A stretch of DNA of 64,000 bases. Source: Podarcis pityusensis. Taxonomy: Eukaryota. Of this stretch, positions 27,772-42,400 are shown piece after piece. A program made the position numbers and the translations under genes. The stretch is from assembly GCA_964106645.2 (NCBI GenBank), contig OZ067040.1. The stretch is one strand, 5' to 3'. Each line of letters begins with the position of its first letter. Within the stretch, counting starts at the first letter, position 1. The notes below the pieces were generated by a model. The model did not search any database, was not told the origin of the DNA, and saw nothing but the letters and a program-made list of their open reading frames with translations.

Positions 27772-30700
27772 CTAAAAGAAACAAGAGAGTTGTTTGAGTA
27801 ACTTGTTTGGGAGACATAAAAGCCTACATCATCAGAAACCTTGGCATTTGCCCAGTTGTGCTTACAGTGGAAATTCCATAAAGCCTCTTTCACTGAACAT
27901 TTGCCAGAGATAAAAAAAAAAAACCCCTTCCAAAGGCCTATATAGTCAAGTATGATTTTTCCAATGGCCAACCAGATAGGAAGCCCACAAGCACGAAATG
28001 AGTGCAATAGCGTTCTCCTGCTTTTGTGTTGAAAATGCTATTAATCACAAGCATAAATGTGCTTGTTTCTAGGTCACCCAGTGCCAGTTCCAGGTTTGGG
28101 GTGGGAGGTGGTGTCTTTTGGACAATATTCTTTCTGTGAGTTCGCCTCCTTGTCTTTGCCATTGTTGCTTTTGTCCATTCACTTGCTTTTCCATGGGCAA
28201 ATCTGACCACCTACCCAAGGGAGATGACAAGGGTGTGTGTAGAGATTTATTACCCCACCTCATTCCTCTGTAAGGGGATGAGGGCAGGCAACAGTAAGGC
28301 AGATTAGCAGCAGAGACTCCAGGGTTTAGAGTTGAACTCCCTACTGGTTTGAGTTTCTTGGAAGATGCCTGATCATACCAGACCCTGCAATCCCCTCCCC
28401 AGCCATCAGCTCCTGGATATCTTCAGTATCAACAACAAATGACCCAAGTCTCTGAATTTGCAAACCCACAACAGGAAAAGGACAAGAACTGCACTGATGT
28501 TAGCGTAACAACGGCAACATTACATGCTAGTCGTAATATTTCGCAGGTAATTAATGTACATCGTCACAGCCAGGCAATGAATGATGTTGATTTAGCTAGG
28601 AAGATTTCTTCACCAGAGGAAATGTCCTTCTAGCAAGGCAGAAGAAAGCTAGGCAGGACAAAACAACAACAAAAAGTATACTGCCCTCTTGTGGGCAAAA
28701 GCCAAGAATTTTATTATTATTTTTTTTTACTTGCCTAATTACTTAAAAACATTGTCAGACTTACATAATTTATAGAAAGCTCAACTCCTAGTATCTTTAG
28801 GAATTCACCATTTTACAGCCTAGAGAGTTTTACCTCCAAAAAACAAAACCCCAAACAAATCCTAAACAGAAACATGTCTGAGTTCATTCAAATCCTGGCA
28901 ACTATCTAGTTTAATAACTTTTCTCTGGATTTCTAAGTCTACTCCGTTTTTCTGCTCTTCTTGTTAATCACAAATATTAAAGCTTGAAGGCAGCAAGTTC
29001 ATATAGCTGAGATTTTATTCCCCCCCCCAACCTAATGTGGCCCGTCCATTCTTCCTTCCTCTTCTCTCTCTCTCCCTCCCTCCCTCTCTTTCTCTCTCTC
29101 TTTACATATCCCACCCGTGTCAGGATACAAAAATAAAGTGGGCAAAGTACCCCTTTGCAAAGCCGCATGCAGCATTTGCTGAACAATGGAGGCGGGAGAA
29201 GGAGTTCACCGGACCCACAAAGTGGCATGACATTATTAGCTCAAGCCGTGTCAGTTGGGGCTTGTGTCAAAAGAAGTTAGGCTCTGCGACCGCTTCTCAC
29301 TTTCCCTGCCATGTCCTGTCGTAGTGTATAATGCCACTGTGCCATGTAACATGCCATCACAGGACAAAGCTACCCAGTGGGACAGTGATCTCCCTCACTT
29401 TTGGCAGGAAAAGTCCTGTAGGCCCGACTATAGCATGGTTGTCATGGCGATGCCACTGGTGTGACTGCTCTTTGCTTCTCCACCCCTCCTCCCGCAACAC
29501 ATTTTTATTATTTTTTTAGACTCTCATCTAGCACACATTTTCAGAATCAATGGATGATTTAATTATGGCTTTCCAGCTCTTTAAGGCTGTGGTTTACCCT
29601 CCAGTCAAGAGACTCTTTCTGTCTTTCTTTCTTTTTACATTAAACACACTTTTCAGAACTGGAAAATGCTTCAGTTAAATCTCGTTGTTTTTTTTCAAAT
29701 TCCAGGGCTGCCGTGCAATTCCATTTTGCAGTGTTCCTATGTTCTGCAGCACTGGGTGTAAACTTCTATGTAATTCAGAATTATCTCAGGGGTGTGTGTG
29801 TGTGTGTGTGTGTGTGAGATGTTTTAAAGATCCAAGCTTTCCCTCCACCAGACTAACCAGCAGCAATTCTGCCGAGTGGAACTTCCTTTGCTAACAAGCT
29901 GACAAATCTGAGACTGACCTAGAGGGCAACTTTTCATTAAGTAGCAAACTGCTCCCTTCTATAGTATTAAAAGGGAGGTAGGGGGAGGAAGAGATCACAT
30001 TCATTATCTCAGTTCACGACTCATTTATTAACTTGGTATTAGATTAACTAGATTACATTTCCCCCACAAATTTTATTTTCAGGAGAAAGAATGATAAGAT
30101 CAGTGATATGTACCCCCATTCATACAGGCACTGCTTCCAACAGCATTCTCCAGGGCTACTGACAGAATGAATTATGTTCTCCTCACCTCACTTTGGGCTG
30201 AGTTAAGAGATTGTGACAGTGGGAAAAGAGAGAATAAACCTATGAACTGAGGAAGTGGTCAACAGACAAGTCCTTTCAGAAGCACTTTATGGTAACATAT
30301 TGAGGATCCAAATCTGTAAGAATGATCTTGAAAGCACTGCTTGCTACAAAGGCATTTTAAACTGAAAGCCTTTCTAGGTTTTTATTTTTTTTAATTACTC
30401 AGAACTATGGAAAACTACTTATAATAATGAACTAATTAAGATGTGCCTGTGTTCACATGAAAACAATTTCTTGCTATTGTTTGCTGCACTGATGAATTGG
30501 TGAAGAAATGTTAACAAAATCCAAGTTAGTGCAAAAAAGGCAATAGGATGAAACTTTTAATAGTATATACCTATATTTTATGCAAATATCCCAGGATTGG
30601 CACACTGAAAAGAATACTGGGACCAATTTTTTTGATGTGCACCATCAGTAAACACAGGTAAAATGCTCAGGCACTGGATGGTTAGAAAAAGTAGAAAAAG

Positions 30701-33700
30701 TGGTAGAAAAAGTAGAACTGCAATGGGTTACCCACCCATCAGTGCCTTGACATTTAGACCCAGATGCTGTTGTTGGCCTCTGTCTGTTTCTAGAGACAAT
30801 GGAGTGCACCTCCAAGGGCAGAGTCAAAATGGAGAAAAGACTGGCCCCAAATAACCATCAAACCCAGAAAACAGGCAAACCCTGCAAACATAACCAGGGT
30901 GGGAAGCAACTGTTCTCCAAGAGGGCATTTTCAGGTAAGAGAAGATGGAGCTTGAAGGGACTCACTCTGTAAAAAGACAGTTATAGCCAAAACACATAGC
31001 AACTTCTCCTTTGACACACAATCTGCCACTCTTCCTCAAATACTCAAATGTGGTGTATGATTGACCTAAGACTCAATTTTTGCAGTTTGGAAGCCTAATA
31101 GCTCAGATAGTGGGATAAAAAAACGTTGCAAGTGCAGATTCACATCATTGTTAGAATAAGCCTCTGGCATGCATAATTGAATTGTCTCAACCTTTTTACT
31201 TTGCCTGGATTGCAGCTGTGGGGTTTTAGTTTAGTTTTGTTGTGAGTTTGTCCTGCAATAGCTCCACCAGAAGCTGAAATCACCACTAGCCAGGCAGCAT
31301 TCGCTGCAGAGCTGGGCTGAATTATGTCATACCCAAATTGTGATGTAGGCCTGTGGTGGTGGAACCTAGACATGACTTATGCAAAGACAAACAAACTGCA
31401 ATTCATGTCCCCCCCAAAATACAAGTGGCATTGGAGCTCAAGTAAACAGACTCTCCATAACTAACATGCAATGGCTGAAGACGGAGGGATCTCTGATGAG
31501 AGCTCCTGTGGTTCAAATGCAAAGGCTGAGTGCTCGAGAAGGAAGCTGTGGAAGCTTCCCAGCTGGAGGAGGAAGCAATATCAGCAGGCGAGCAAGGAGG
31601 AAGAGGCAATGTTGATATATTATCAACATTTCGATTCACTAGTATTTTAGAGATAGACGTAATATGAAAACAGAACTCACAGCACAATTAAAGTGGCAGT
31701 GCGGTGAGTTCTCTATACCTTATCTATGTTTCTAGCCTCAGACATACTAGAAGGGAAAACATAACGAGTGCTACTCAAGCAAACAACACATCTGCCCTGG
31801 GCCAGCACAAGACATTTTGGCACCTCAGGTGAACCACAAAATGGCATCCCCCTCCTTGCCAAGGAAGAAGGGGTAAGTGAAGATCTACATCAGGAACGAG
31901 GGGGCAATAAAGATCTACATCAGGATCTGGTGCCCCTGTGGATCCTGCCTCTTGAGGCAATTGCCTGACCTTGCCTCATATGTGGTTTGGCCCTACATCT
32001 TCCTCTCATTCCAATAACACTGTGGGTGATATGGCCATCAAACTTATAAAAGGCAAAAGGACCTTCTTAAAGAAGTGGGCATTCAGTGTGCCAGCTAATA
32101 AGTCATAGGGTGATGTGTACCAAATGTGTACCACGTAACCATACCTTAGTGTAGTGCTTTAGAACCATTGGTAAATCAAGGCAAATACAAAATGCATTGG
32201 AGTGGAGATTTTGAGGGGAAAGTCACAAAATGAGCTGGGATTTAGTAGAGGAAGATCACTGCTCTTGATCCCATTGAAGACATTGCACAATTTAGGCAAG
32301 AGTACTTTAATCCTGTTAAGGATTAAACACCATTCAGTAAGGTCACATCATGTCTTTTAAACGAAGTGACCAAGACATTTGAAACAGCAGCTTTGACTTG
32401 ATTTTGATCATACATGTAGGAGACCAGGGATGGAAATTATTCAGTAAGGAAAAAGGAAATAAGAAATATCGTCCTATCGCATGGTACTTGAGTGCCTCAC
32501 ATATAAGGATGGGGCTTTTGAAGCTGATCTAGAAGGTATTAGGAAGCCAAGTCACAGCCTTAAGGAGATGTGAGATGATCAAATCATCAAAAAGTGGGGA
32601 GGATTTTGTTGCAGGGATTCTGGACTGACCCAGAAGAAGGATAATGCCAACGAAAAAGCAACTGTAATAGCAAGGCAAGAAGATTACCAGGATATGGGCA
32701 AGGATTTTAGCAACAGGTAGAGAAAGCATGAATAGATTTTGCAGTTGTTACTGAGGGAAAGAAATGAAGAACTTTTCAATAGCCTGTGCTCAGAGGGGAG
32801 AATGAAAGACTGAACTGATGGTTCACAGAGACAAAAGATAATCATTGATTTTATCTGATATATAGATGGCGTATTAAGACTGTCAAATTCTCTAAGCAGA
32901 AAAAAGATAGGTAGTTCATTACCATAAAGTTGTATCAGCACATAATTTTTCTATAGATGTAAAGTTTAAGGGGAAAATAAGATGCTGAACCATAAACAAC
33001 TGAAAAGGTAAATAAAATATTTCTATTGCAATTTCTACAAACAGACAGTACTTTTCAAAGCTTTGCTTGGGTTGAAGACATTTTACATCATTCAAATAAG
33101 ATTGCATGCTTAGGGGTGTAGAAATAGGCTGCTGAATCAGCCATGCAGAGCAGAAGGAAAGCCAAAGGTTAAAACGGGAATCAATATTGAGATGAGGAAA
33201 TGAAAATGATTTGTGCAGCAGAAGGAAAGGGAAGGAACACCACTATGGAGTCAGGGAAAGCCCATATTCTGGTATGGCAGAATCCCACAAAACCATAATT
33301 AACACCATGGCTAGAAGACACAAGATGTACGGGGGTAAAGATCAGATGAATCACCACTAGCCCCAAATCAGGTCCACTGTCAGCTGAATCAGCATTACAG
33401 GAACCCCAGTTCTTTACCTGTATGTAACAATATGGATTGTTAGTTGCTAGGCAATGTCCTCAAAAAAGAAACCGTGGAAGACAAACTTTCTAAATAAATA
33501 AATATATTGCATTTATCAGTCACCTCACAACCATTGTTCTCTGGACTGACTTGGGAGAGATTCATCTCCTAGTCCCCCACTGTGAAAAAGTTAAGATGGC
33601 AAGTTCTGAACCAGTGGTTTCAAGATTTGATTTGTATGCTAGTTGTAGATTTGGTTGTCCACTAGTTATCTTGCTTAAGGCAATCATAAGGTGTAAAGAG

Positions 33701-33837
33701 TTTTGACAGAGTTTTGATGTGAGAAAGCAGGCAGTAAGTGGTTAAGAGCTTTTTCCCCATACTACTTCCCAGCCATACTACTTCTGTGGGTGATTTACGG
33801 GGAAAGTTAAAGCCTCATGTGCTCTTGATGCCATAAT

Positions 33838-34076
33838 GAGTTTGGATTTGATATCTCGCTTTATCACTACCCGAAGGAGTCTCAAAGCGGCTAACAATCT
33901 CCTTTCCCTTCCTCTCCCACAACAAACACTCTGCGAGGTGAGTGGGGCTGAGAGACTTCAGAGAAGTGTGACTAGCCCAAGGTCACCCAGCAGCTGCATG
34001 TGGAGGAGCGGAGACGCGAACCCGGTTCACCAGATTACGAGACTACCGCTCTTAACCACTACACCATGCTGGCTCT
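33838..34076 (-). mobile_element. tRNA-derived SINE with L2-like tail (different family from Sauria SINE)
   Basis: Minus strand starts agagccagcatggtgtagtggttaagagcgg...ccgggttcgcgtctcc (A and B boxes) and ends ttagccgctttgagactccttcgggtagtgataaagcg. Confidence 0.85.
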
Positions 34077-34389
34077 CAGCTAACAGGAATATAAAGGGGG
34101 GAGGGAGGGGGAGCCAGTAAAAATAGAGGGGAGGGGTGAGAGACTTGTGGGATGTGGAAGAGAAAAAGAGGGGCAATATTGACCTGTGATGATAGAGAAG
34201 AGAGACTAGGGAACCTTGTGGAATTAAGACAAAGGGAGCAGTTGCAGAACCAGGCGTTGTGCTTCTCAGTCCCTGACCAACCCCATAGAATTAAAAGACA
34301 ACTGAGACCGGTTTGGATCTTGACAGCTCCCCTTTTAAGGCATAGAAAATGAACAGATCCTGTAAAATAATAAACAAACAAACCTCCAT

Positions 34390-34550
34390 GTTTATGCCAC
34401 CGAACAGGGGTTCTTAAGGAGAAGGCTATTGTTTTCAAGCCCTGTTGTGGTCTTCCTGGGAGGTGACTGACTGAGCTCTGTAGGAAGAAGGATGTTTAAC
34501 CAAATCGACCATTGGTTTCCTCCAGTAGGGCTACTTTTATGTTCTTATGG
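34390..34550 (+). mobile_element. Old CR1-type 3' end fragment
   Basis: Ends in tccagtagggctacttttatgttcttatg, a CR1-like terminal repeat; degenerate. Confidence 0.5.
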
Positions 34551-35488
34551 GATTTCTTAATGTTTGAATGTGGTGGGACAATGGGAATCCATTTGTTTGC
34601 ACTTCTGCTCAGCTTTGTATGCAAATGCCAACTGGGCGGACGCAGCTTATTGCTGAGGGACTCTCAGGGCACTTCCTGACTGTTTCTATTTGCGAGAGGG
34701 ATTTTGTCACATACTGGCAAAACCAAGTTACACAAATACAGTTGATTGGGGGCGTATTATGCAACACACCAGCTTCCATTCGAAAGAGGCCCACTGTGAT
34801 AAGAAAAGTAATGGGGAAACAGTGTAAAGTGTGGGATAACACTTGCTTTGAAGCAACGTCACCTGCTCTCCCTGCAAACAAATCAGAATGAATGCTCAAT
34901 AAACAGGTTGTCTTTAAATCATGTCTTTAAAACATGATTCAGCAGAAGCCCACCTACTCCTTTGGTCCAACGCTGATTAGGATGTGCCACATCATTTCTT
35001 TGCTTCCGTTGGGCATCGTCTCTGGGCTCATCCATTCTTGCGACTAACTTGCGCTTTCTACTGTAGGCATGGATCCGAGGTATTTTTCATTTGCCCTGAA
35101 GCTTTCCCCAGGAAAAAACGCTGTTTACTGCTGAATTGGAACAAGTGTCAATCCGCAGAAAGCCTGACTGACGTTTGTTAAGACTTAGCAGTAAACGGCA
35201 GGTATTCCTGGGTAAAGTGGCAGGACAGACGAGAAAGCCCCCCAGACCTGTGCCTAGAAATCACAATCTGCATGGCAATCCTTAAGTGTTTTTACCTGAG
35301 GATTCTATCATTAACTTCCTTCTATCTACCCCCTCCTCAGCAGATGTACACAAATCTTTAGAGTATGTGCACAGATCTCCACAGTGGATATGCACAGATC
35401 TGTTGCAGGGGGCTGTGTACCTGAGTACATCCCCCCGTGCAGGAGTGTGCAGTGACTACATCTGCTTTTGGCACCCCTGCTACTGGCA

Positions 35489-35702
35489 TGCAAGTAGATA
35501 AATAGGTACCACTCTGGCGGGAAGGTAAACGGCGTTTCCGTGTGCTGCTCTGGTTCGCCAGAAGCGGCTTAGTCATGCTGGCCACATGACCCGGAAGCTG
35601 TACGCTGGCTCCCTTGGCCAATAAAGCGAGATGGGCGCCGCAACCCCAGAATTGGTCACAACTGGACCTAATGGTTAGGGGTCTCTTTACCTTTACCTTT
35701 AT
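35489..35702 (+). mobile_element. 5'-truncated Sauria SINE
   Basis: Core and tttacct tail; 10-bp TSD tactggcatg at 35481-35490 and 35703-35712. Confidence 0.9.
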
Positions 35703-37010
35703 TACTGGCATGAGACCCCTAGAGGGTTAGCCAAGGATGAATGTGGCCTCAATTTAAGAACTGGTTTGCCAACCCTGATTAAAATGAATGTGCCAGAAAA
35801 GTTACAAACATACAGAATTGCAGGAAGGGAAAGCTCCTCAACAGACATAGAATTATAGGTACTGCTATAGCGTGCTTATTCATGATGAATGGCATATCTC
35901 ACACAAGAGCACTTATCTTGAAAAGTGTTCTGAGAGAACTAGCTAAGACTCACTTCTAGGCTTCAAACTATTTTATTGGAGACTATCAGGGGGTAATGTA
36001 ATTGGGTTACCTATGAGCAACTGGTGTGCTAGTTTTGGTCAGGGCTTACAGAGGATGTTGCTCTATTTCTTCTCTTTTGCCCCCCAGAAACAGCCGCTCA
36101 GAATTTCCTGTTACAATCTCTTCTGGGCACAGAGGTGTTAGCTTTCGGGGGCGATGGACGGGGGGGGGGCGGACGCTGCATGCGCAATGTTCAAGAGGAG
36201 CTGGGGTGGAGCCAAACATGGCGACAGTGCAGCTTCAATGGCTGGTGGCTCCTGCCACTGTAACTGAATGCAGGCTGCTTTAACCCACATTCTCCTCAGT
36301 GGCAGGAGGAGGAGGAGCCAGGAACTGAAGTTGTGTCATGCTTGGCTCTGCACTCAGCCTCCTTCACCCTCTGATTTTTTGGGACACTGGAGAGGGGCTT
36401 GGAACTCTCTCAAAAAAATATTAGGGGAGACCAAAAGTGCTTGGCCCCCATGAGTTGGCGCCTCTCTCTGGGTAAGATTCCAGAATACCCTGTTGAGCAG
36501 ATCATGAGTTACCTGTTTGGAAATATGATTGAACATAATACTGCGAGGCCTGCAAATTTGATTGTGTAAAGGCCTAGAAAATTAGGAAGGCTACATGCCA
36601 AAACTGGGCCTTTTAGTGGCTTGCCAAGACCGTTTTTAAGTGTTAACTTGGGAAATGTTCCCTGTTATCTTCTGTTTTACACCAGTAATGTACATAATAT
36701 TGTTTTGTTATGGCCTGGATGGGGGTTTTTTGGTTGTTGTTTTTACAAATAAATTGATTATTGATAGGGTCTACTAATATTCCTAAGCACAAGTAACTTG
36801 GAAGAAAACAGCAATGAGTCTTATGGAAATATATTCTACTAAAATTAGTAAAACTGATGGTAAACAAAATGGAATAAATCTATAGCATAGAGAGTACTTG
36901 AAAAGATTCATTGGCATTATGCACATATGTGCAGGATGGCCACAATTAGGCATTTGCAGTGTAATCCTGGACATGTTTACTCCTAAGTAAGTCCAACTAT
37001 ATTCATTCAG

Positions 37011-37193
37011 ATTCAGGTCGGTAGCCATTCTGGTCTGACATAGTCAAAACAAATTTAAAAAATTGTCCAGTAGCACCTTAGAGACCAACTAAGTTTCTTC
37101 TGGGTATAAGCTTTCCTGTGCATGCACACGAAACCTTATACCCAGAACAAACTTAGCTGGTCTCTAAGGTGCTACTGGGCAATTTTTTTAATT
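37011..37193. mobile_element. Penelope-like inverted fragment
   Basis: ccagtagcaccttagagaccaactaagttt...cttagctggtctctaaggtgctactgg palindrome flanked by a 13-bp direct repeat tatattcattcag. Family name from recall of squamate Penelope termini. Confidence 0.7.
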
Positions 37194-40100
37194 TATATTC
37201 ATTCAGGTTTACCCTCAGGTAAGGTGCTTTGGAATGAACCCTAAGCTTGATACTTGAGACAAGCAGATCAGCAAATATATTTACAACAAAAAGAGATATT
37301 AACTTGACTAGATCATACAATTCATGTTATTTATTAAATAATTTAGAAATGAGTTTTCTATGATTAAAATTATTACCGACATACTAAACCAAACATGATG
37401 TTTTGTAAGAAACTGTAAGAAAATTATGAAAAATTATAAGATTAACAGGTTACATATATTAATAAAATGTCATTAATTGAATTGATTTGATTTAGGTTCC
37501 CATTGTGAATCCCATTGATGCCATTACTTCTGAGTTATTAGGTCTACATATTTATGTTTTATTGTTTAATGAGGTGGGGCACTAATTAGATTTATCTTCA
37601 GATGTATAAGTACAGTGGGATTCCTGATTGAACATCATTTTCCATGGATATATTCTACTTGGATATCTATTGGGATCTGTGTCTCAACTTAGCATACCTA
37701 TTTGTGTGTATACTAAAGAAACATTGCACTGGTACATTAGGGTATGAGCTGTACTGACCTGTAGCTGATTCTATGTTGATAGGAGCATGGGTATTTGGAT
37801 ACTGGCAAATGGCTTAGACTCTATGCTTCATGAGGATATAGTGATCTTGGCTTTGTAATACTGTATCTGACTGTGACACTATAGTCTCAGTCTGGAATAT
37901 TTATAATGCTGAGAGATTGAGAGGGTGACTTTTCATTCTGCTTAAACTACAAAATCTGGAATGAGATCCCAGTGAGACGCTTTGAGTAAGCCCCAAATGA
38001 AGCAGGGCTTTGTTTACAGCAATTTCTATTTAAAGCCAAGTTTAATCACAACATGACAATCCAACCTTATCCATTTTATGCAAGCCCCACTAAATTAAAT
38101 TAAATTTACTCTGAAGAAAGTGTACATAGGATTGTAGTCAAAGTAAATAAAGGTGTCCGTTTGAGGGCACCATGTAAAAACTGAATAAGTTTGCAAAGTT
38201 TTAAAGGAAAATAGCAAGTTAATTAATGCTGCAACCCTATGTATATTCTTGGAGTACATCCTACTGAGGTTACTTTTGTGTAAACCTGTGTAGAACTACT
38301 CTGTAGCTCTTGCTGGCTTTCAATGTGATCACCTTTCGAGATGAAATCTTAATTATGAAGTTCTTGGAAACTACAGCCACTTCAAACATGACATTTTTGC
38401 TACACAATCAGTATGGTGTATGGGACAATAGTTAATTTTGATATAATTATATGAGTTCAGTATCTCCTATATGTTGGTATCTGGACTATAGTTTCTCTGT
38501 GCAATGAAGTTACATAGGAGTATGCAACTCTAATCGTCTCTTTATACCACCTATGCAGAGACAAGGGCAAATGGTACCCCAACATAATGCAGCTGGGCCA
38601 GAAGCCTAGTCTACTAGGGTACTGTGTGGGCACCACTGTCATGTGTGAACCAGCCATAGTACTGGTATGCTGTACTGGGATCTGGGCAGGTGGTGATTGC
38701 TTTTAGATATTTCTGCTTATAATCCCACGGCCTAAATAATAGATCAGTTATACTTCTGAATTGCAAAAGTTGTTACAAAACCCCTTGCAATTTTTTTTAA
38801 AATTATTTCATTTACAGGTATTGAAATTTTCAAACAATTGCCAAACAACCGAAACAAAAATAGAGTATTCCATAAATCCCCCATAGACTCCCCCCCTCCC
38901 CTTTGTGGGTCCTTATGTTAATATTTTACCTCCTGCATCTTCTCTATTAATCATTCCAATCCTACTAATAATTTTAATTGCTCGCAATTTTTGAGGCATC
39001 TTAATATCACAGTAATAATAACCCTATTTATGGGGTTAGGTGGGTTGGTAAAGCTCATTGCAGGACTTGGATGGGGATCAACAGTGTTCGTAACATTGGT
39101 ATACACACAGATTGGTAGAGGGGGCATTTGCTTTTTCTGGCCACACGACAGAACCTTCATGTTCAACCTGAAGCTTATGCAGGCTCTGTTCAGAGTTACA
39201 GATGAATACAGGAAGGTCAGTAGGGAAAGGCCAGTGAGTTCAATCACACTCCATCTGTCCATGCATTCATACCCATAGATATGGCATCAAACAGGGACTA
39301 AACTAATTACAGTACAGTTATATTTTGTAGAGTGGAAACAAATGCTGAATTGTCGAGTGGGTGGGTGGGAACATACTGCGTACTTTAACCTGCAAACTGC
39401 AGTGGTACCGTGTTACTGCACTAGTTCAGTGCCTTGGCCCAAATGTTGATATAATCCACACTCCAATTATTCATAGGATAATTTCTTTGCTTGTTGAACC
39501 ACACACCCATAAAATTGTCCGCAACTGGGTTTTAGAACTGAAGGCGTTCTACTAGACTATTTAGCAGGCTGACAATGGCAGAGCCATCAAGGTGGAACCA
39601 CCTACTAACAGAAGGCATCATATGCCAGGAAACCTCCTCTTTCACTGGACTAATATTCATTATTAATTCAGGGCCATCAGACTCCATGTATTTGAAAAAC
39701 CGAAAAACAAGAGTTTAAAAACATCTCTCTCACCTGATATACTGAGAAATTCCAAAATTCAGCCTGGCAAATTCTTATAGGCTGGTGACATCACCAGTCT
39801 GGATCAATGCACAAGCAAGATCCAGCATGAGAGGGGTTTGGGGTTTGTTTTTGAGAAACTTTTAGATCATTTATCATCTTCCCAAGAGTCTTCTCCCAAA
39901 TCAGAATTAATGGCTTCTGGAATCTGCCACCAGAATGCATTTCCCTAACTTAGTGATTTTGTGAAACTCAGCTCAGTAGGACTTGTGCGCAAAGTAATTC
40001 CTTTCTGTAACGATCAACCACATAGTTTTAGTCTTTCTTCATCCCCCTTCTTGGCTGCTGACTTTTACATGCATTTGAAATAACCTCAACACAGCACTAA

Positions 40101-41062
40101 ATCTGTGGGCCACCAGACTTCTGTGGCCCTACATGGGCCCTATGTGGCAGGGCTGCAGCCAGCAATTGAGATCCACAAAGCAACCTGACAAATATGAACA
40201 AGGCATTTCCCATTAGTCTCTTTTTCTTATATAACTCCCAGCACCAACCGCAGGAAGGGCTGATGACAGCTAAATCAATATATGTAGATTTCTTTTGTTG
40301 CTGAAGAATAAAATGATAGGTATCAAAGTACTTTCTGGCACTTTGGATTTGATTAACTGAACAGTCTCATTGCAGGAAAAAGGGCAATAATAGTATTTAG
40401 CTAGTTATCAAGTTAAACCAATAGTACATGGTGGATAAATGTATAATACCCTTTGATTAGAAATTAATCAAGTGCCCTGCCTTTTATCTAACCTGTGCAA
40501 TTGGGAAAGGAAGCAGGGCATTAGGCTAGATGTACTCTAGCTTAGATACATGCGTGTGAAGCATGCAACAAATACTTCAATGGACTTTAAAGGTGTGTTC
40601 TGCCACATATGCACAAGTTGAAAAATAAAAACTACACTTAGCAAGGAGGGTAGTTCTCCACCAAATGAAAGGTGAGCCATATTTTATTCTTATTCAATCA
40701 AACTGTTCTTTACATAATATCCTATCATATTTTGCCCTCTCAAACCTCTAACTCTAATAAAATCCATTCACCCAGCAATACATTTCTGTGAAAAATCTGC
40801 CTGGCCTGTTGGATTTATTCTGTCTCATTATGTGCTATCATGCACCCTATATTAAACATTATCAAATGTTTTGTAGCATATGGACAATAAAATCCACGAA
40901 GCAGCTTGGCTATAGAGTTCATATATATTATATGCATCAATATTCTCTCTGTTTCTCTCTCTCTCACACACACTATATACAGGAATGGTTGCTTCTGAGT
41001 ACCAGATGTTGTTATGTATATGCAGTTATATCACTGCATCATGGGCTCTGTAATCTGCAATT

Positions 41063-41343
41063 CTACACTGAGGTCCAGCGCCGAGGGCCTTCTGACGGTT
41101 CCCTCCCTGCAAGAAGTGAGGTTACAGGGAACCAGGCAGAGGGCCTTCTCGGTAGTGGCGCCTGCCCTGTGGAACACCCTCCCTTCAGATGTCAAGGAAA
41201 TAAAACAACTATCTGACTTTTAGAAGACATCTGAAGGTAGCCCTGTTTAGGGAAGTTTTAATGTTTGATGTTTTATTCTGTTTTTAATCTGTTGGGAGCC
41301 ACCCAGAGTGGCTGGGGAACCCAGCCAGATAGGGGTATAAATA

Positions 41344-41378
<35 letters not shown>
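41063..41378 (+). mobile_element. L2 LINE 3' end with (TAT)n tail
   Basis: Same family as 8121-8589 (EGLLTVPSLQEVRLQGTRQRAFSVVAPALWN). Confidence 0.9.
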
Positions 41379-41539
41379 GCCAAGGCCTTTTTAATGTTTA
41401 ATATAGGAAGCATGGCAGAATGTTAGGGACTAGTCATAATCTGATAGAAACGAAATAGATACCAGTAAATCCCTCACACCATCAGCAGATGGTAATTCTG
41501 AGCCTACTTAGATGGTTGTTTTCAGAGGCTGATGCTTGG

Positions 41540-42400
41540 GGATTATCATTTGGCCTTGTGGGGCCTTCAGTGCAGGGTTCCTCAATTCCTCCTGTCATGC
41601 TATTTAGCATCTACCTGAAACCACTGAGTGGGGTCATCTGGAATTTTAGAGTATGTTGTCAGCAATGACGCATAGCTCTACTTCTGCTTTACATCTGTAG
41701 GTTGGGAAGCAGATGTGCTGGACTGAATAAACTGAAGCTCAGTCCAGAGAAGACTGAGGTGCTGTTAGTGGACAGTACCATATGAATGGATAGGAGGAGG
41801 CCTGCTCTTGATGGAATTACATGCCCTCCGAAGGAATGGGTACGCAGCTTGGGGTACTTCTGGATCCACTGCTGTCATTTGAGGCTAAGCTGGCCTCGGT
41901 GATGTGGCATGCCTTCCATCAGCTTCAGTTGGTGGCCCAGTTGCATCCTTATCTGGACAGGAATAGTCTAACTACTGTTGTCTATGCTCTGGTAACCTCC
42001 AGATTAGATTACTGCAATGCATAATATGTAGGGCTTCCTCTGAAGTTCAGAAACTTCAGCTGATGCAGAATTCAGCTGCCATGTTGCTCACCGTGGAAAG
42101 ATGGTTTGAGCAAATGACACCAATCCTGGCCCGACTACACTAGCTGCCAATTAAGTTTCCAGGCCTAATCTAAGTGCTGGCTTTGACCTATAACGCCTTA
42201 AACAGGTCAGGACTGCAATACCTCAAGGACTGCCTCTCCCGATATGAACTGACCAAGACCCTGTGCTCATCATCTGAGGTCCTTCTTCATGTGTCCTCTC
42301 CACAAGAGGCCCAGAGGGTGGCAACATGAGAATAGGCCTTTTCTGCAGTGACTTCCCATTTGTGGAATGCTCTCCCCAGGAAGCCCTGGTGTCTTTATAT
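41540..42400 (+). mobile_element. Degenerate L2 ORF2 (RT C-terminal) fragment
   Basis: LGVLLDPLLSFEA...LVTSRLDYCNA and downstream L2 motifs, with stops and frameshifts. Confidence 0.85.

Noticed and set aside
34000-34076. tRNA-like A/B boxes (also at 18354-18430)
   Set aside because: These are SINE heads continuous with SINE bodies, not tRNA genes.
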